NCBI GenBank assembly: GCA_041499035.1
Contig: JBGQJK010000003.1
Coordinates: 1,953 to 65,952 of the forward strand
Source of the DNA: Patescibacteria group bacterium
GTDB lineage: Bacteria; Patescibacteriota; Microgenomatia; UBA8517
Length of the DNA: 64,000 nt
Reading direction: 5' to 3'
Positions within the stretch are counted from its first letter, which is position 1, and every line of letters begins with the position of its first letter. Both the position numbers and the translations under genes were made by a program. This document shows positions 18,066-28,099 of this stretch, one piece after another. The notes under the pieces were generated by a model, which worked only from the letters and a program-made list of their open reading frames with translations, ran no database searches and was not told the DNA's origin.

Positions 18066-18677
18066 ATCGTGATGCTAATTGCAAGTATTTTCACAAGTTT
18101 GATGGGAATGTTCGTATTTCTCTTTATTTTCTGGAAGCGGCTTAAGGAGGATTATTCACCGGAAATAATCTTTAAAACCGCTTTTTTTATACTTATCGGC
18201 ATGTTGATTGGCTTTTTGGTTGCCGTCAGATTTACGCCGGCAGCATTCATGTGGACTGCCTTTGCAGGTTCTTTAGCGGGTCTCTCGATTGCAATTTTAC
18301 GGCTCAAGGTTAAATTTTTCGAAACATTTGAGGCTTTTATTATTTCAAGCTTCCCCTGGGTAGGGTTTACATTCCTCCTCGACTCCGTTGCCCACTCTTC
18401 TTTAAGCTCGTTCTTAGCATTCATAGCAATACTAATTATTGTGTTCATTTCCTACTGGCTTGATGCCAATTATAAAAACTTTACCTGGTACAGGTCGGGG
18501 AAGATCGGATTTGCGGGGCTTACGACACTTGCCATATTTTTTATTGCCCGATCCGTCCTTGCAATTTTGAGGATAGGCATGCTATCCTTTGTAGGTTCGA
18601 TGGTCGAAGCGGTAATTTCAGCGGCGGCAGCGTTTATTTGTTTCGTTTTACTTTTTAATTTGAGCCGTAGTGAGTGA
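18066..18677 (+). CDS. Hypothetical polytopic membrane protein (start trimmed to the first ATG after the antisense overlap)
   Basis: MLIASIFTSLMGMFVFLFIFW... with several TM segments. The track ORF starts at 17916 and overlaps the gene on the other strand. Confidence 0.45.
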   Translation: MVMLIASIFTSLMGMFVFLFIFWKRLKEDYSPEIIFKTAFFILIGMLIGFLVAVRFTPAAFMWTAFAGSLAGLSIAILRLKVKFFETFEAFIISSFPWVGFTFLLDSVAHSSLSSFLAFIAILIIVFISYWLDANYKNFTWYRSGKIGFAGLTTLAIFFIARSVLAILRIGMLSFVGSMVEAVISAAAAFICFVLLFNLSRSE

Positions 18678-19074
18678 TTCCAAATCAAAAAGAATGACAA
18701 AAAATAACACTCCTCCAAAATTCCCGGCTAGCATTCTGGCACCTGTTGCCAATCTTCTCACAGGCAAACTCAAAACTCTTGAGAAAAGAAAAAAGGAAAT
18801 AAGCGGGGAGGATCCTTTCAAAAACACCGAAAGGGTTAACGATAACGCGGCCCCCGACATTGAAGCGGATGAACAGTTCGGGCACGCCAGAACTTCGGCG
18901 CTAAAGACCGAAATAGGCAGGACGATTATTCAGGTCAGGAAAGCTCTTACCCGTATAAAACTTGGAAAATACGGCATTTGTGAGGTCTGCGGCAATATGA
19001 TCGATACAGATAGGCTGATGATTTACCCCGAAGCCACTCTTTGTACAAAAGACGCGGCAAAAAGGGAAAAGTAG
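18670..19074 (+). CDS. DksA/TraR-family zinc-finger protein
   Basis: C-terminal CEVCGNMIDTDRLMIYPEATLC. Confidence 0.7.
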   Translation: MSDSKSKRMTKNNTPPKFPASILAPVANLLTGKLKTLEKRKKEISGEDPFKNTERVNDNAAPDIEADEQFGHARTSALKTEIGRTIIQVRKALTRIKLGKYGICEVCGNMIDTDRLMIYPEATLCTKDAAKREK

Positions 19075-19089
19075 GCTATAATTGTCTTC

Positions 19090-19794
19090 ATGGAGCCGAA
19101 AATTATTTTTGAAGATGATTCCTTCTTCGTAGTGGATAAGCCAAGTGGTTGGATAACCAATGACGCGGATACGACTACAACTCAGCCGGTCCTTCAGACC
19201 TTCATGCGTGAGCATTTTGAATATCCGCTAAAAGGGGACAGGGAAATGCGGGACGGAATTGTTCATCGGTTAGATAAGGAAACGAGTGGCCTTATCATCG
19301 TTGCCAAAACCCAACAGGCGTTTGAAAAGCTTCAGTCCGAATTTAAGAATAGGGAAGTAAGTAAAACTTATACCGCGCTTCTCCATGGAAAAGTTGAACC
19401 AACCGAGGGTGAAATAAGAGCAGAAGTTGGGCGATTGCCCTGGCACAGGTCGCGTTTTGGAGTTCTTCCGGGTGGGCGAGAGTCAACTACAAAATATAAA
19501 GTACTGGAATATTATCCGGGAAATAATGCCGGGCATTCCTTGGTTGAATTTTACCCGAAAACAGGCCGGACCCATCAAATCAGAATCCATGCCAGGCATA
19601 TTGGCCACGCGATAGTTGCCGATGAATTTTACGCAGGTAGGAAGACCGCCAGGAATGATCGCAAATGGTGCCCCAGGCTTTTCCTCCACGCCGCTTCCAT
19701 CAAATTTATCCACCCGGAAACAAATAAAGAAGTTGAGTTCAAGTCTGGTCTTCCCGAAGATCTTCAAAATGTACTTCTCACACTTAAAAAATAA
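19090..19794 (+). CDS. RluA-family pseudouridine synthase
   Basis: HRLDKETSGLIIVAKT catalytic motif. Confidence 0.85.
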   Translation: MEPKIIFEDDSFFVVDKPSGWITNDADTTTTQPVLQTFMREHFEYPLKGDREMRDGIVHRLDKETSGLIIVAKTQQAFEKLQSEFKNREVSKTYTALLHGKVEPTEGEIRAEVGRLPWHRSRFGVLPGGRESTTKYKVLEYYPGNNAGHSLVEFYPKTGRTHQIRIHARHIGHAIVADEFYAGRKTARNDRKWCPRLFLHAASIKFIHPETNKEVEFKSGLPEDLQNVLLTLKK

Positions 19795-19871
19795 TCAAAT
19801 TCTATTGCTTTATAGTTTCTAAACTACTATATTGAATAGAGGTTTCTTAAGTATGATACAAAGAGACCTTT

Positions 19872-22748
19872 GTGTTTATGCTTCATAAGATTTGGCTAAA
19901 GTTTTTAGTAGCGTTTATTTTTTCTTTTGCGCTTTTATTTTTTGTAACATCATCTGTTTCTGCTGCCACTTATTACGTTGCAAATGCAGGGAACGATTCC
20001 TGTAACGGAATTTCCCAAACAATCGGATCATCCGGTTCATGCGCTTGGAAAACAGTGGCCAAAGTTAACGCTTCTAGTTTCGGTGCGGATGACTCTATCC
20101 TCTTCAACCGCGGCGACACTTGGCGGGAGCAGTTACTGATTCCCTCCTCGGGAACCTCCGGGCACCCAATCACATTTGGGGCCTATGGAACCGGAAACAA
20201 ACCTCTGATACAAAACAGTACAGAACTTGTAAGCGCAACTTGGACCCAATATGCAGCTACACCTTCAGGATCTGTTACAGAAGCAAATATGAAAACGAGT
20301 GTTGTGAATGGCACTGCCTTTACTGATTTTAGTAGTGCGAATGTATTAACAAGTTATCCAGGGTCAAAGTTAACAATTACAGACCATGCAGGCAAAAAAC
20401 TTATTGGGTATATTAAGGCGGCGGGCACAGGGGAGACTTATGGCAGTCAGTTGATGGCCAATACTGCATTTAATAATACTACAAGCGTTCAAGGGAATTG
20501 TACATTATCATCCGTCGCCGGAGGACAGACAGGTAACGCACTTCAGATGACAGTCCCCTCCGGAACAAGTTGCCAGAGCTCAGAAGTTTTTGCAACTTCA
20601 AATGGGGCTTTATATCTATTAACGGGTTATCTTAAAATAGGAACCGGTAACGCAATACAATCTTTCTTTGAACAAAATTTTGGTGCCTTTAATACCTATC
20701 AAAATTACTATAACCAATCCGCATCTTGGACCCCATATACACTTTATGGTACAGCGGACGGCACATCGTTTCTTCATCAGTGGACAGCTTATGGTACTTC
20801 GACACAAACAGATTTTGTTGATACTGTTAGTACAGTTCAAGTTATAACGCCATCTTCAACCGGGGTAACGATTACTTCCACTGCAAACGGTTCTACTTAC
20901 AATTGGACATCCGAGGATGCAGGATTCAATCGAAATGATTCAAGCAACTACACATATTCGATAGATGCCAGCAACCCCAATATTTATTACGCATCAGGTG
21001 TGACTACTGATGTCGGAATTATGGTTTTTAACTCCGGAGCTTCTATGGGTGTAAGAAAAATAACTTTAGGAACCCTTGCTTCTCAAGGAGATTTCTATTA
21101 TGATTCGGTCGGACAAAAACTCTATTTGTATTCGGCATCTGCTCCTGGAACCTATTATTCTTCAATTGAAGCCGGAAAAGCTCAAAGTGCGATTCTGGAT
21201 AGTTTGAAAAGTCACATAGTTATTCAGGATTTTAACGTTAGATACAGCGGGTCAAGCGACATCGAGGTAAACGCTTGGAGTAGTCCGGTTGATGATGTTG
21301 TTGTGCAACGTAATGACATGTCTCTTTCGGGGAATAGTACCGGCGGGAATGGTATCCAGGCTTATTCCGGAACAATGTCAAATATAACCATTCGGGACAA
21401 TACCGCAAACAACATATACGATGCAGGGATAACTGCTCCACAAGATGGCGAAGTTTCCGCTTTCAGTAATATATATGTTTACAACAACATTATTACTAAC
21501 TGCGAACACGGGATTGAAATAGGCGCTTTTACCTCCGGAACAACAGTTAACGGCCTATACATATATAACAATGATATTTATAACAGCGGCGGAGGTTTTA
21601 GCCACAGCCAGCGTTCTGATCCTTATGGAGACGGCTTTATTATGTGGAGTATGTCGGGAGCTACTGTTAGTAACATGAAGGTAGAAAATAATATTGTAAG
21701 TAACTCCATTTATAATGTCCTCAAAGGCGACACAAACTGGGCTGGAGAAACCTGGGATTACAATTTGTATTATCCGGACGGAGCTACAAAATTTGGGTAC
21801 AATGCTTGGCCGATATATTCAAATGCATATAATCTTGCCAACTGGAAAACTACAACTGGTCAAGATGCACATTCAATAACATCCGACCCTGTATTTGTTA
21901 GCACCGGGATAGATTTCCACCTTCAATCTACATCACCCGCTATTGACGCAGGGGTGAATGTTAGTTTAATTTCTGATTATGAAGGAAACCACATATGGCA
22001 GGGGATGGCTCCTGATATTGGTGCGTATGAGTATCAATCTGGAAGTTCTGCTGGTACAACTTCAAATAATTCTTCGGTTTCAAGTAGTCCTAATTCCAAA
22101 TCAGGCTGGAGTTATCCAGTTATTGCGGGACCGAACCATGTGGGTATTACGAGTTTTATTATGGGAAGGGGTACTGCGGGGGATGCTATGGCCTATATTC
22201 CCGATAATGCCCACCACGATGATATTTATTTAACAATTGATGAAGTATCTCTTAATGATTTGTCCAATCGTCGCAAGATTCCATTTCCCTGGAGTCAGGG
22301 GTGGAACCTGGTAGGGGATATATACAACTTTAATGCGGTTAGCTCGTTCAATGGTTTTCCTATACCACAGTTTGATCATCCTGCGATGGTAGTTCTCCCT
22401 TACAATTTGGCGAAGTTAAAAGGTATTTCTCCAAAGAATCTAAAAATAGGTTGGTATGACACTTCTACAAAGAAGTGGAAAGTTCTTCCTTCAAGGATTA
22501 CTGTTATCAATCAGCTGGCTCATACTATCGCCAGCACCACTAAAAACTTTTCCTATTTTGCTGTAGTTTATCCCAATCAAAACCAAACTTCAGTTTTGGG
22601 AGCGTCCGTTGAAAAATTGAAACCAGTAACCACATTAGCACCAACACCAACAACAGTTCCTACTCAAACTCTAACTCAAACACTTGCGCCGCAACAAACT
22701 CAACCAATAGCTAAACCCAAATCCTGTTTCCTCTGGTGGTGTTTTTAA
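19872..22748 (+). CDS. Large secreted protein, right-handed beta-helix (pectate-lyase-like) with a Pro/Thr/Gln-rich tail ending CFLWWCF
   Basis: A signal peptide, repeated N/G/T/S-rich beta-helix-like turns, and a C-terminal TPTTVPTQTLTQTLAPQQTQPIAKPKSCFLWWCF. Confidence 0.65.
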   Translation: MFMLHKIWLKFLVAFIFSFALLFFVTSSVSAATYYVANAGNDSCNGISQTIGSSGSCAWKTVAKVNASSFGADDSILFNRGDTWREQLLIPSSGTSGHPITFGAYGTGNKPLIQNSTELVSATWTQYAATPSGSVTEANMKTSVVNGTAFTDFSSANVLTSYPGSKLTITDHAGKKLIGYIKAAGTGETYGSQLMANTAFNNTTSVQGNCTLSSVAGGQTGNALQMTVPSGTSCQSSEVFATSNGALYLLTGYLKIGTGNAIQSFFEQNFGAFNTYQNYYNQSASWTPYTLYGTADGTSFLHQWTAYGTSTQTDFVDTVSTVQVITPSSTGVTITSTANGSTYNWTSEDAGFNRNDSSNYTYSIDASNPNIYYASGVTTDVGIMVFNSGASMGVRKITLGTLASQGDFYYDSVGQKLYLYSASAPGTYYSSIEAGKAQSAILDSLKSHIVIQDFNVRYSGSSDIEVNAWSSPVDDVVVQRNDMSLSGNSTGGNGIQAYSGTMSNITIRDNTANNIYDAGITAPQDGEVSAFSNIYVYNNIITNCEHGIEIGAFTSGTTVNGLYIYNNDIYNSGGGFSHSQRSDPYGDGFIMWSMSGATVSNMKVENNIVSNSIYNVLKGDTNWAGETWDYNLYYPDGATKFGYNAWPIYSNAYNLANWKTTTGQDAHSITSDPVFVSTGIDFHLQSTSPAIDAGVNVSLISDYEGNHIWQGMAPDIGAYEYQSGSSAGTTSNNSSVSSSPNSKSGWSYPVIAGPNHVGITSFIMGRGTAGDAMAYIPDNAHHDDIYLTIDEVSLNDLSNRRKIPFPWSQGWNLVGDIYNFNAVSSFNGFPIPQFDHPAMVVLPYNLAKLKGISPKNLKIGWYDTSTKKWKVLPSRITVINQLAHTIASTTKNFSYFAVVYPNQNQTSVLGASVEKLKPVTTLAPTPTTVPTQTLTQTLAPQQTQPIAKPKSCFLWWCF

Positions 22749-22809
22749 TTTTTATGATGATATGGATTGAGAGGTTGACTCCTTATCCGGCAAAAATTAT
22801 GATAAAGCA

Positions 22810-23073
22810 ATGAATAAAAGGGATAAAGATGAGTTTACAAGTATAGTTGTTAATGCGCTTAATGATGTAGTAATCCCTGCTATGGATGATATGGAGAAAG
22901 GATTGAGAGGGGATTTGGCATCAAAAAAGGATCTAAAAGAATTAAGCATGAAGGTTGATTCTCTTGATAGGAAGTTTGATGCTCAACAAGAAAGGCTCGA
23001 TAAGCACAACGGAAGAATAGAGAGTCTGGAAAAAATTCATCCAAAAGGAAGGCATTCTCCATTAGCCTACTAG
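22810..23073 (+). CDS. Small coiled-coil protein; paralogue of 35059..35319
   Basis: KKDLKEL...HNGRIESLEKI matches KDDIKHL...HEPRIENIEKKL. The upstream region has the same promoter architecture as its paralogue. Confidence 0.5.
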   Translation: MNKRDKDEFTSIVVNALNDVVIPAMDDMEKGLRGDLASKKDLKELSMKVDSLDRKFDAQQERLDKHNGRIESLEKIHPKGRHSPLAY

Positions 23074-23105
23074 ACTTGTTTTCACACATTAGCTAGACTT
23101 ATTGT

Positions 23106-24788
23106 ATGGACTTTGTTCTCGGATTGTTTTTAGTGGTTGTTGCCGCTGTTGCCGGGGGAGCTCTTGCCAAAACTCTCAAACTTCCCGTACTTGTCGGCTA
23201 TATAATTGCCGGCATTCTTTTTGGAACGATTCTACCTGCAAGCGCTAAAAATGTTTCCACACTGGCTCAAGTGGGCACCATCCTCCTCCTTTTTTCAATC
23301 GGGGTAGAGCTGCCGCTTTCCCGGTTAACCAAATTTCTTAAAGTTGCTGTTTTTGGCTCTTTTATTCAGATTTTTCTGGTTACCGGCGCATCTTACTTTT
23401 TTCTCACGGCTTTTGGTTTGAGTCCGCTTCCGGCTTTAATTCTTTCCCTGGGCTTTTCTATAAGTTCAACCGCGGTTCTAACCCTCATTTTGGGGGATAG
23501 GGGAGAAACCGACACCATTCACGGTGGGCTGATGTTTTCCTGGTCACTTGTCCAGGACCTTACGGTCGTACCGATTATGGTAATCCTACCCATTTTGGGT
23601 ACGGGCGGCTGGGGAGGGCTGGGACTTGTCGGACTGGCGCTTCTTAAGGCTTTTGGCGTTATTGCGGGAGCGCTAATCCTAGGTAGACTGGTAGTTCCTT
23701 TTATAATTCATTTTGTTGCCAACCTCAACTCAAGGGAACTACTCCTCCTTTCATCGGTTGCGATTGCCCTCGGGACCGCCGCCGTAACCTCTTTCTTCGG
23801 CATTTCACCAGCTCTGGGGGCTTTCCTCGCAGGTGTGGTTATTTCGGGTTCGCAGGAACATCACGCAATATTTGCCGAAACCCGCCCACTTCGCGACCTA
23901 TTTGTTGCGCTTTTCTTTGTAACCCTTGGATTTTTGGTTAACCCGGTTCTGGTTTTTGATAAATTGCCTCTGATTTTCACTATCACTGTAGTTATTTTGG
24001 TAATAAAAGCGGTCGCCGTATTTTTAATCAGCGCAGCCTTTGGTTATAAAGGGCGAACCGGCGTAGCTACCGCCTTTGGTCTCGCACAAGTAGGGGAGTT
24101 TGCGTTTGTAATATTTTCGACCGCACTGGCACTTAAACTAATTGGCCCGGCCGATATATCTGTCGGCATTTCTGTAACACTTTTAACATTGGTTGTTTCA
24201 CCAATACTTTTTAATTCAGTTGTTCCATTCTGGCGGGGTATTCGTGACCTTACTGCCAACTCGGGCCTTTCAAAACTATTCGCCAGCGGTGAACGGAGAG
24301 ACGAGGCAATTGAAAGTTTAACTAACCACATAATTATTTGCGGATATGGCAGAGTGGGGAAGTGGGTGGGTAAAGCATTAACTGATTTTGCAATTCCCTT
24401 TATTGTTGTTGAATATAACCAGAAAGTTGTCCAGGATCTTAAAAGCGAAGGTACGCCGGTTATTTACGGCGATCCGACTGAACCGGAGGTGCTTGAGGCA
24501 GTTTTTATTCGCGATGCCAAGGCGGTCGTTCTGGCAATTCCGGACCGGGTTGCCCAGGAAACATTAATAGCTTATGTTCAAACGGTGGCCCCGGCGGTAA
24601 AAATAATTTCCAGAGTACACCTTGATTCGGACTGGGAGAAATTGAAAACTCTCAGGGTTAGTAAAATTGTTCAACCGGAATTTGAAGCCGCAGTTGAGAT
24701 AGTCCGCTCGATCCTAAGGAGTACAGGTAAAGATAAAGCCGAAATATCAGGTTCCATTAAGAGTCTTAGAGTCTCACACAGTCGTTAG
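23106..24788 (+). CDS. CPA2-family monovalent cation:proton antiporter (KefB-like) with C-terminal TrkA-N domain
   Basis: A 12-13 TM core, then IIICGYGRVGKWVGKAL (Rossmann fold). Confidence 0.85.
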   Translation: MDFVLGLFLVVVAAVAGGALAKTLKLPVLVGYIIAGILFGTILPASAKNVSTLAQVGTILLLFSIGVELPLSRLTKFLKVAVFGSFIQIFLVTGASYFFLTAFGLSPLPALILSLGFSISSTAVLTLILGDRGETDTIHGGLMFSWSLVQDLTVVPIMVILPILGTGGWGGLGLVGLALLKAFGVIAGALILGRLVVPFIIHFVANLNSRELLLLSSVAIALGTAAVTSFFGISPALGAFLAGVVISGSQEHHAIFAETRPLRDLFVALFFVTLGFLVNPVLVFDKLPLIFTITVVILVIKAVAVFLISAAFGYKGRTGVATAFGLAQVGEFAFVIFSTALALKLIGPADISVGISVTLLTLVVSPILFNSVVPFWRGIRDLTANSGLSKLFASGERRDEAIESLTNHIIICGYGRVGKWVGKALTDFAIPFIVVEYNQKVVQDLKSEGTPVIYGDPTEPEVLEAVFIRDAKAVVLAIPDRVAQETLIAYVQTVAPAVKIISRVHLDSDWEKLKTLRVSKIVQPEFEAAVEIVRSILRSTGKDKAEISGSIKSLRVSHSR

Positions 24789-24846
24789 TTGTGTTTTTTT
24801 TGTATCTTTCTTTAGCGACATTTCTTTTGAAAAGAAATGTCGGGAT

Positions 24847-25752
24847 ATGTATTCTGCCCGGAGAAAAAACAGACTTAACATCGGTAAGAAAAAAGGCCAA
24901 ATATATAGCCTTTTAATCAAAGTGGTGATACCCCTTTTGATTGTTCTTTCTGTGGTCTTGTATTTAAAGCTTAGTACAAAATATTGGAATGGGGTAGATA
25001 AGTTTGCGTTTGTTTTTCAGAAGGCCTCGAGAGATGTTGACGTCACGGTCCTTGACCCGGCTCTCGGGGAGGAAACAACCCTAATTATTCCCGGTGAAAC
25101 CGAGGTTGATGTTGCCAGGAGTTATGGTAGCCTCAGGATCAAAAATGTCTGGCAGCTTGGCGTGAACGAAAGGTTGGGTGGAACTCTGCTTGCGGAAACG
25201 GTAACCCGCAGTTTTTTGTTTCCGACCAGTTTGTGGTCAGGGCAGGATCTGGGAGACCCATGGAAATTTATCTTCGGCAACAAAAATACTAATATTCCCT
25301 TTGGCGATAGAGTAGGGGTGGTAATCTTTGCCTTAAGAGTTAAAAGTATTGACAAGACAGAAATAGATTTAGGTAAAAACCAGTTTTTGCGCAAGCAAAT
25401 TCTTACGGACGGCACACCCGGTTATGTTGCGTCGGGACCCATTAGCGGACGTCTTACAGTTTACTTTTCCGATAATAACTTTGGAGACAAAAATTTGAGA
25501 TTTACTATGACGGATTCCACGGGCACTCCGGGTGTCGCGGATGGGGTAGGGCAGGTTCTTGAGGTACTCGGAGGAAAGGTCGTTGCGGTGGACCGGAAGC
25601 CCGCCGACAGTTCACTTGATTGTGTAGTTTCCGGGCAAAACTTTGACGCTGTCTGGAAAGTTGCTGCCCTTTTCTCATGCCAGAGAAGCTCCGGAAAAAG
25701 TGATTTTGATTTGGAGATAAAAATGGGGGCCAAGTTCGCCAAAAGATTCTAA
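24847..25752 (+). CDS. LytR-CpsA-Psr (LCP) family cell-envelope protein with LytR_C-like domain
   Basis: An N-terminal TM, then TLIIPGETEV...SYGSLRIKNVWQLG, which is LCP-core-like, and a C-terminal DSTGTPGVADGVGQVLEVLGG. Confidence 0.6.
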   Translation: MYSARRKNRLNIGKKKGQIYSLLIKVVIPLLIVLSVVLYLKLSTKYWNGVDKFAFVFQKASRDVDVTVLDPALGEETTLIIPGETEVDVARSYGSLRIKNVWQLGVNERLGGTLLAETVTRSFLFPTSLWSGQDLGDPWKFIFGNKNTNIPFGDRVGVVIFALRVKSIDKTEIDLGKNQFLRKQILTDGTPGYVASGPISGRLTVYFSDNNFGDKNLRFTMTDSTGTPGVADGVGQVLEVLGGKVVAVDRKPADSSLDCVVSGQNFDAVWKVAALFSCQRSSGKSDFDLEIKMGAKFAKRF

Positions 25753-25755
25753 AAA

Positions 25756-26442
25756 CTACTCTGTAATCTCTTCGGAGTTACTCATTTCGGGGATGTCCCT
25801 GTGGACCAGCTCAGGCGGAGTAAAACTTACGTAGTCCATTTTTTCGGGCGGGAAGGAAGTTATACCGGTTTTATTCTCCAGCTCGCGGATAAGTACGGTA
25901 ACATCTTTCGAATCAATCGACTTAATCAAAACCTGATATTTATTGCCTTTTTTCAGGAACTGCCTGAGCCTGGCTGCCAAGTCATCGGGGAGGCGTCCGA
26001 TATATTTACCGTCCTCGCTGACTACCGAAACTTTATGAGCATAGGGTGCAAATTTAACCTCGTCGCCCGAGTCCAGATTTGCAAAGACGTTGGTGTCTCC
26101 CGGGTTCATCAAAAGCACCATCTTGGTTTTGCCTGACTCTTCCAAAAAAGCTTCCCCCGATGGGGCTACAGCTTTCCTGCCGTAGCTGTCGGGGCGCGCC
26201 GATTTCCACTTAAGAAGGCATTTTTGAGCGATTGAGTTTACAGGGTCAATTTTCAGGACTTTTTGAGTCGTGGCCACCGCTTTTGAAGCCAATCCCAGCT
26301 CTGAATAGCAGCGGGCGAGCCTGTTGAGGGCATCCACATCTTCCGCATTTTCCGAGAGAATCTGAAGGTTTATATTTTGGGCTTCCTGCCAATTCCCGGA
26401 AAGCGCATAGGCCACAGCTTTTTGGGCAAGAGAAGTTTCCAT
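25756..26442 (-). CDS. TPR-repeat protein
   Basis: N-terminal TPR-like helices (ALSGNWQEAQNINLQIL...ALNRLARCYSELG). Confidence 0.55.
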   Translation of the reverse strand: METSLAQKAVAYALSGNWQEAQNINLQILSENAEDVDALNRLARCYSELGLASKAVATTQKVLKIDPVNSIAQKCLLKWKSARPDSYGRKAVAPSGEAFLEESGKTKMVLLMNPGDTNVFANLDSGDEVKFAPYAHKVSVVSEDGKYIGRLPDDLAARLRQFLKKGNKYQVLIKSIDSKDVTVLIRELENKTGITSFPPEKMDYVSFTPPELVHRDIPEMSNSEEITE

Positions 26443-26497
26443 TATCTTTTAGCTAGTATGAGTATAGAGATGGCACTGGCTATGTCAATACCTTCCT

Positions 26498-26527
26498 CTG
26501 ACAAAGAAATAGGCAAACTGGTATAAT
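26498..26527 (+). promoter_or_regulatory. yebC promoter: CTGACA, 18-nt spacer, TGgTATAAT, 9 nt before the ATG
   Basis: ctgacaaagaaataggcaaactggtataat-tcgacttgt-ATG is read from the sequence. Confidence 0.45.
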
Positions 26528-26536
26528 TCGACTTGT

Positions 26537-27283
26537 ATGAGCGGACATTCACACTTCGCCACAATTAAGCGTCAAAAAGCCGTCAACGACGCCGCCAAAG
26601 GAAATCTTTTTTCAAAGCTCGCCCGGGCGGTTATGATTGCGGCAAAAGGCGGGGCAGACCCCGACATGAACTTCAAATTGCGGGTGGAGATTGATAAAGC
26701 CAGGGCAGCCAGCATGCCAAAAGAGAATATCGAAAGGGCAATTGCCAAAGCAACTACCGAGGCAGCAAACCTTAGTGAAATTACTTATGAGGGCTTTGGT
26801 CCGGGAGGAATCTCGGTAATTATTGAAGTCACCACCGATAATAAAAACAGAAGCGCACAGGAAATAAAAAATCTTTTCGAACGTGCCGGGGGTACTCTGG
26901 CCGGCCCGGGAGCGGTTTCATTTAATTTTGAGAGCAAGGGCTTTATCCTTGTTGAAAAATCGGCCGATTCCGAAGCGCAAATGCTTAGGATGATTGACCT
27001 TGGGGTAGAGGATGTTACGGACTCTCCCGACGGGATAGAAGTGTTTACGGCGCCCGATAAGCTGGCGGAGGAAAGGAAGAAGTTTGAAGTAGCGGGCTTT
27101 GCGATGAAAGAGACCGAACTTGTGATGAAGCCAAAGAATTTACAAACAGTCGAGGATCCCGGGGTCGCCGCCAAAGCGTTAACTTTTTTGGATTCGGTGG
27201 AGGACTCAGAAGACGTAGCCAACGTTTTCAGTAATCTCGATATCCCCGACGCAACCATGCAGCAGATTTCCACGGGTATTTAA
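26537..27283 (+). CDS. yebC: YebC/PmpR-family transcriptional regulatory protein
   Basis: MSGHSHFATIKRQKAVNDAAKG...YEGFGPGGISVIIEVTTDNKNR. Confidence 0.9.
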   Translation: MSGHSHFATIKRQKAVNDAAKGNLFSKLARAVMIAAKGGADPDMNFKLRVEIDKARAASMPKENIERAIAKATTEAANLSEITYEGFGPGGISVIIEVTTDNKNRSAQEIKNLFERAGGTLAGPGAVSFNFESKGFILVEKSADSEAQMLRMIDLGVEDVTDSPDGIEVFTAPDKLAEERKKFEVAGFAMKETELVMKPKNLQTVEDPGVAAKALTFLDSVEDSEDVANVFSNLDIPDATMQQISTGI

Positions 27284-27288
27284 TTCAT

Positions 27289-28059
27289 ATGTCTAAACGC
27301 CGGCGTTTTGTAATAGCTTCAAGTATTTTAGCTCTAGGATTCGTTGCAGTGCAGTTTTTAACAGACCAGAACCGTTTTTGGGCAATTGCAGTTTTGGGAC
27401 TTATGACGATAATTCTGTTTTTCTGGTCTCTTTTTGAGGGATTGGGTAAGAATATGACCCTTTTAACATTGGTTCTTCCTACAATTTTTACGCTCGGGGT
27501 AGGAACCTTCTGGTTCCTTCTCCCCGCCAATATTTTTGCCCGGATCCCGATTGTTATATTTTATGGAATAGGTATCTACGTACTCTGCCTGACAATGAAT
27601 ATTTTTAGCGTTTCGGCAATTCGTACTATTGCACTCTTACGGGCAGCCAGGGGAGTGGGGTTTGTACTCAGTCTTGTTACATCGTTCCTTGTATTCGATG
27701 CTATTCTATCCCTCAGAAGTTCTTTGTATTATTTATTACCTCTGGTTTTTGTTATTTCATTTCCGCTTTTTATGCAGGGTTTTTGGTCGGTTGTACTTGA
27801 GAAGGAATTTTCAAAGGACATTTTGGTTCTGTCAGCTGTTTCGACTCTTGTTATGGCGGAGACCGCCGCGGTACTTTTCTTCTGGCCCGTAACGGTGGTC
27901 GTTGGCTCGCTTTTCCTGACTGTAACTTTTTACATTCTTATGGGCCTGGGCCAAAGTAAGCTTGAGGGTAGGCTGTTTCTGGCTACCGTCAGGGAACACC
28001 TGGTGGTGGGGGCGCTGGTTCTTATTTCAATGTTTTTTGCAACCCATTGGGGCCAATGA
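27289..28059 (+). CDS. Hypothetical polytopic membrane protein
   Basis: 256 aa, about 7 TM segments. Confidence 0.55.
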   Translation: MSKRRRFVIASSILALGFVAVQFLTDQNRFWAIAVLGLMTIILFFWSLFEGLGKNMTLLTLVLPTIFTLGVGTFWFLLPANIFARIPIVIFYGIGIYVLCLTMNIFSVSAIRTIALLRAARGVGFVLSLVTSFLVFDAILSLRSSLYYLLPLVFVISFPLFMQGFWSVVLEKEFSKDILVLSAVSTLVMAETAAVLFFWPVTVVVGSLFLTVTFYILMGLGQSKLEGRLFLATVREHLVVGALVLISMFFATHWGQ

Positions 28060-28099
28060 GAAATAAGCAAATAAGCGAATAAGCAAATCTCCAAATAAA

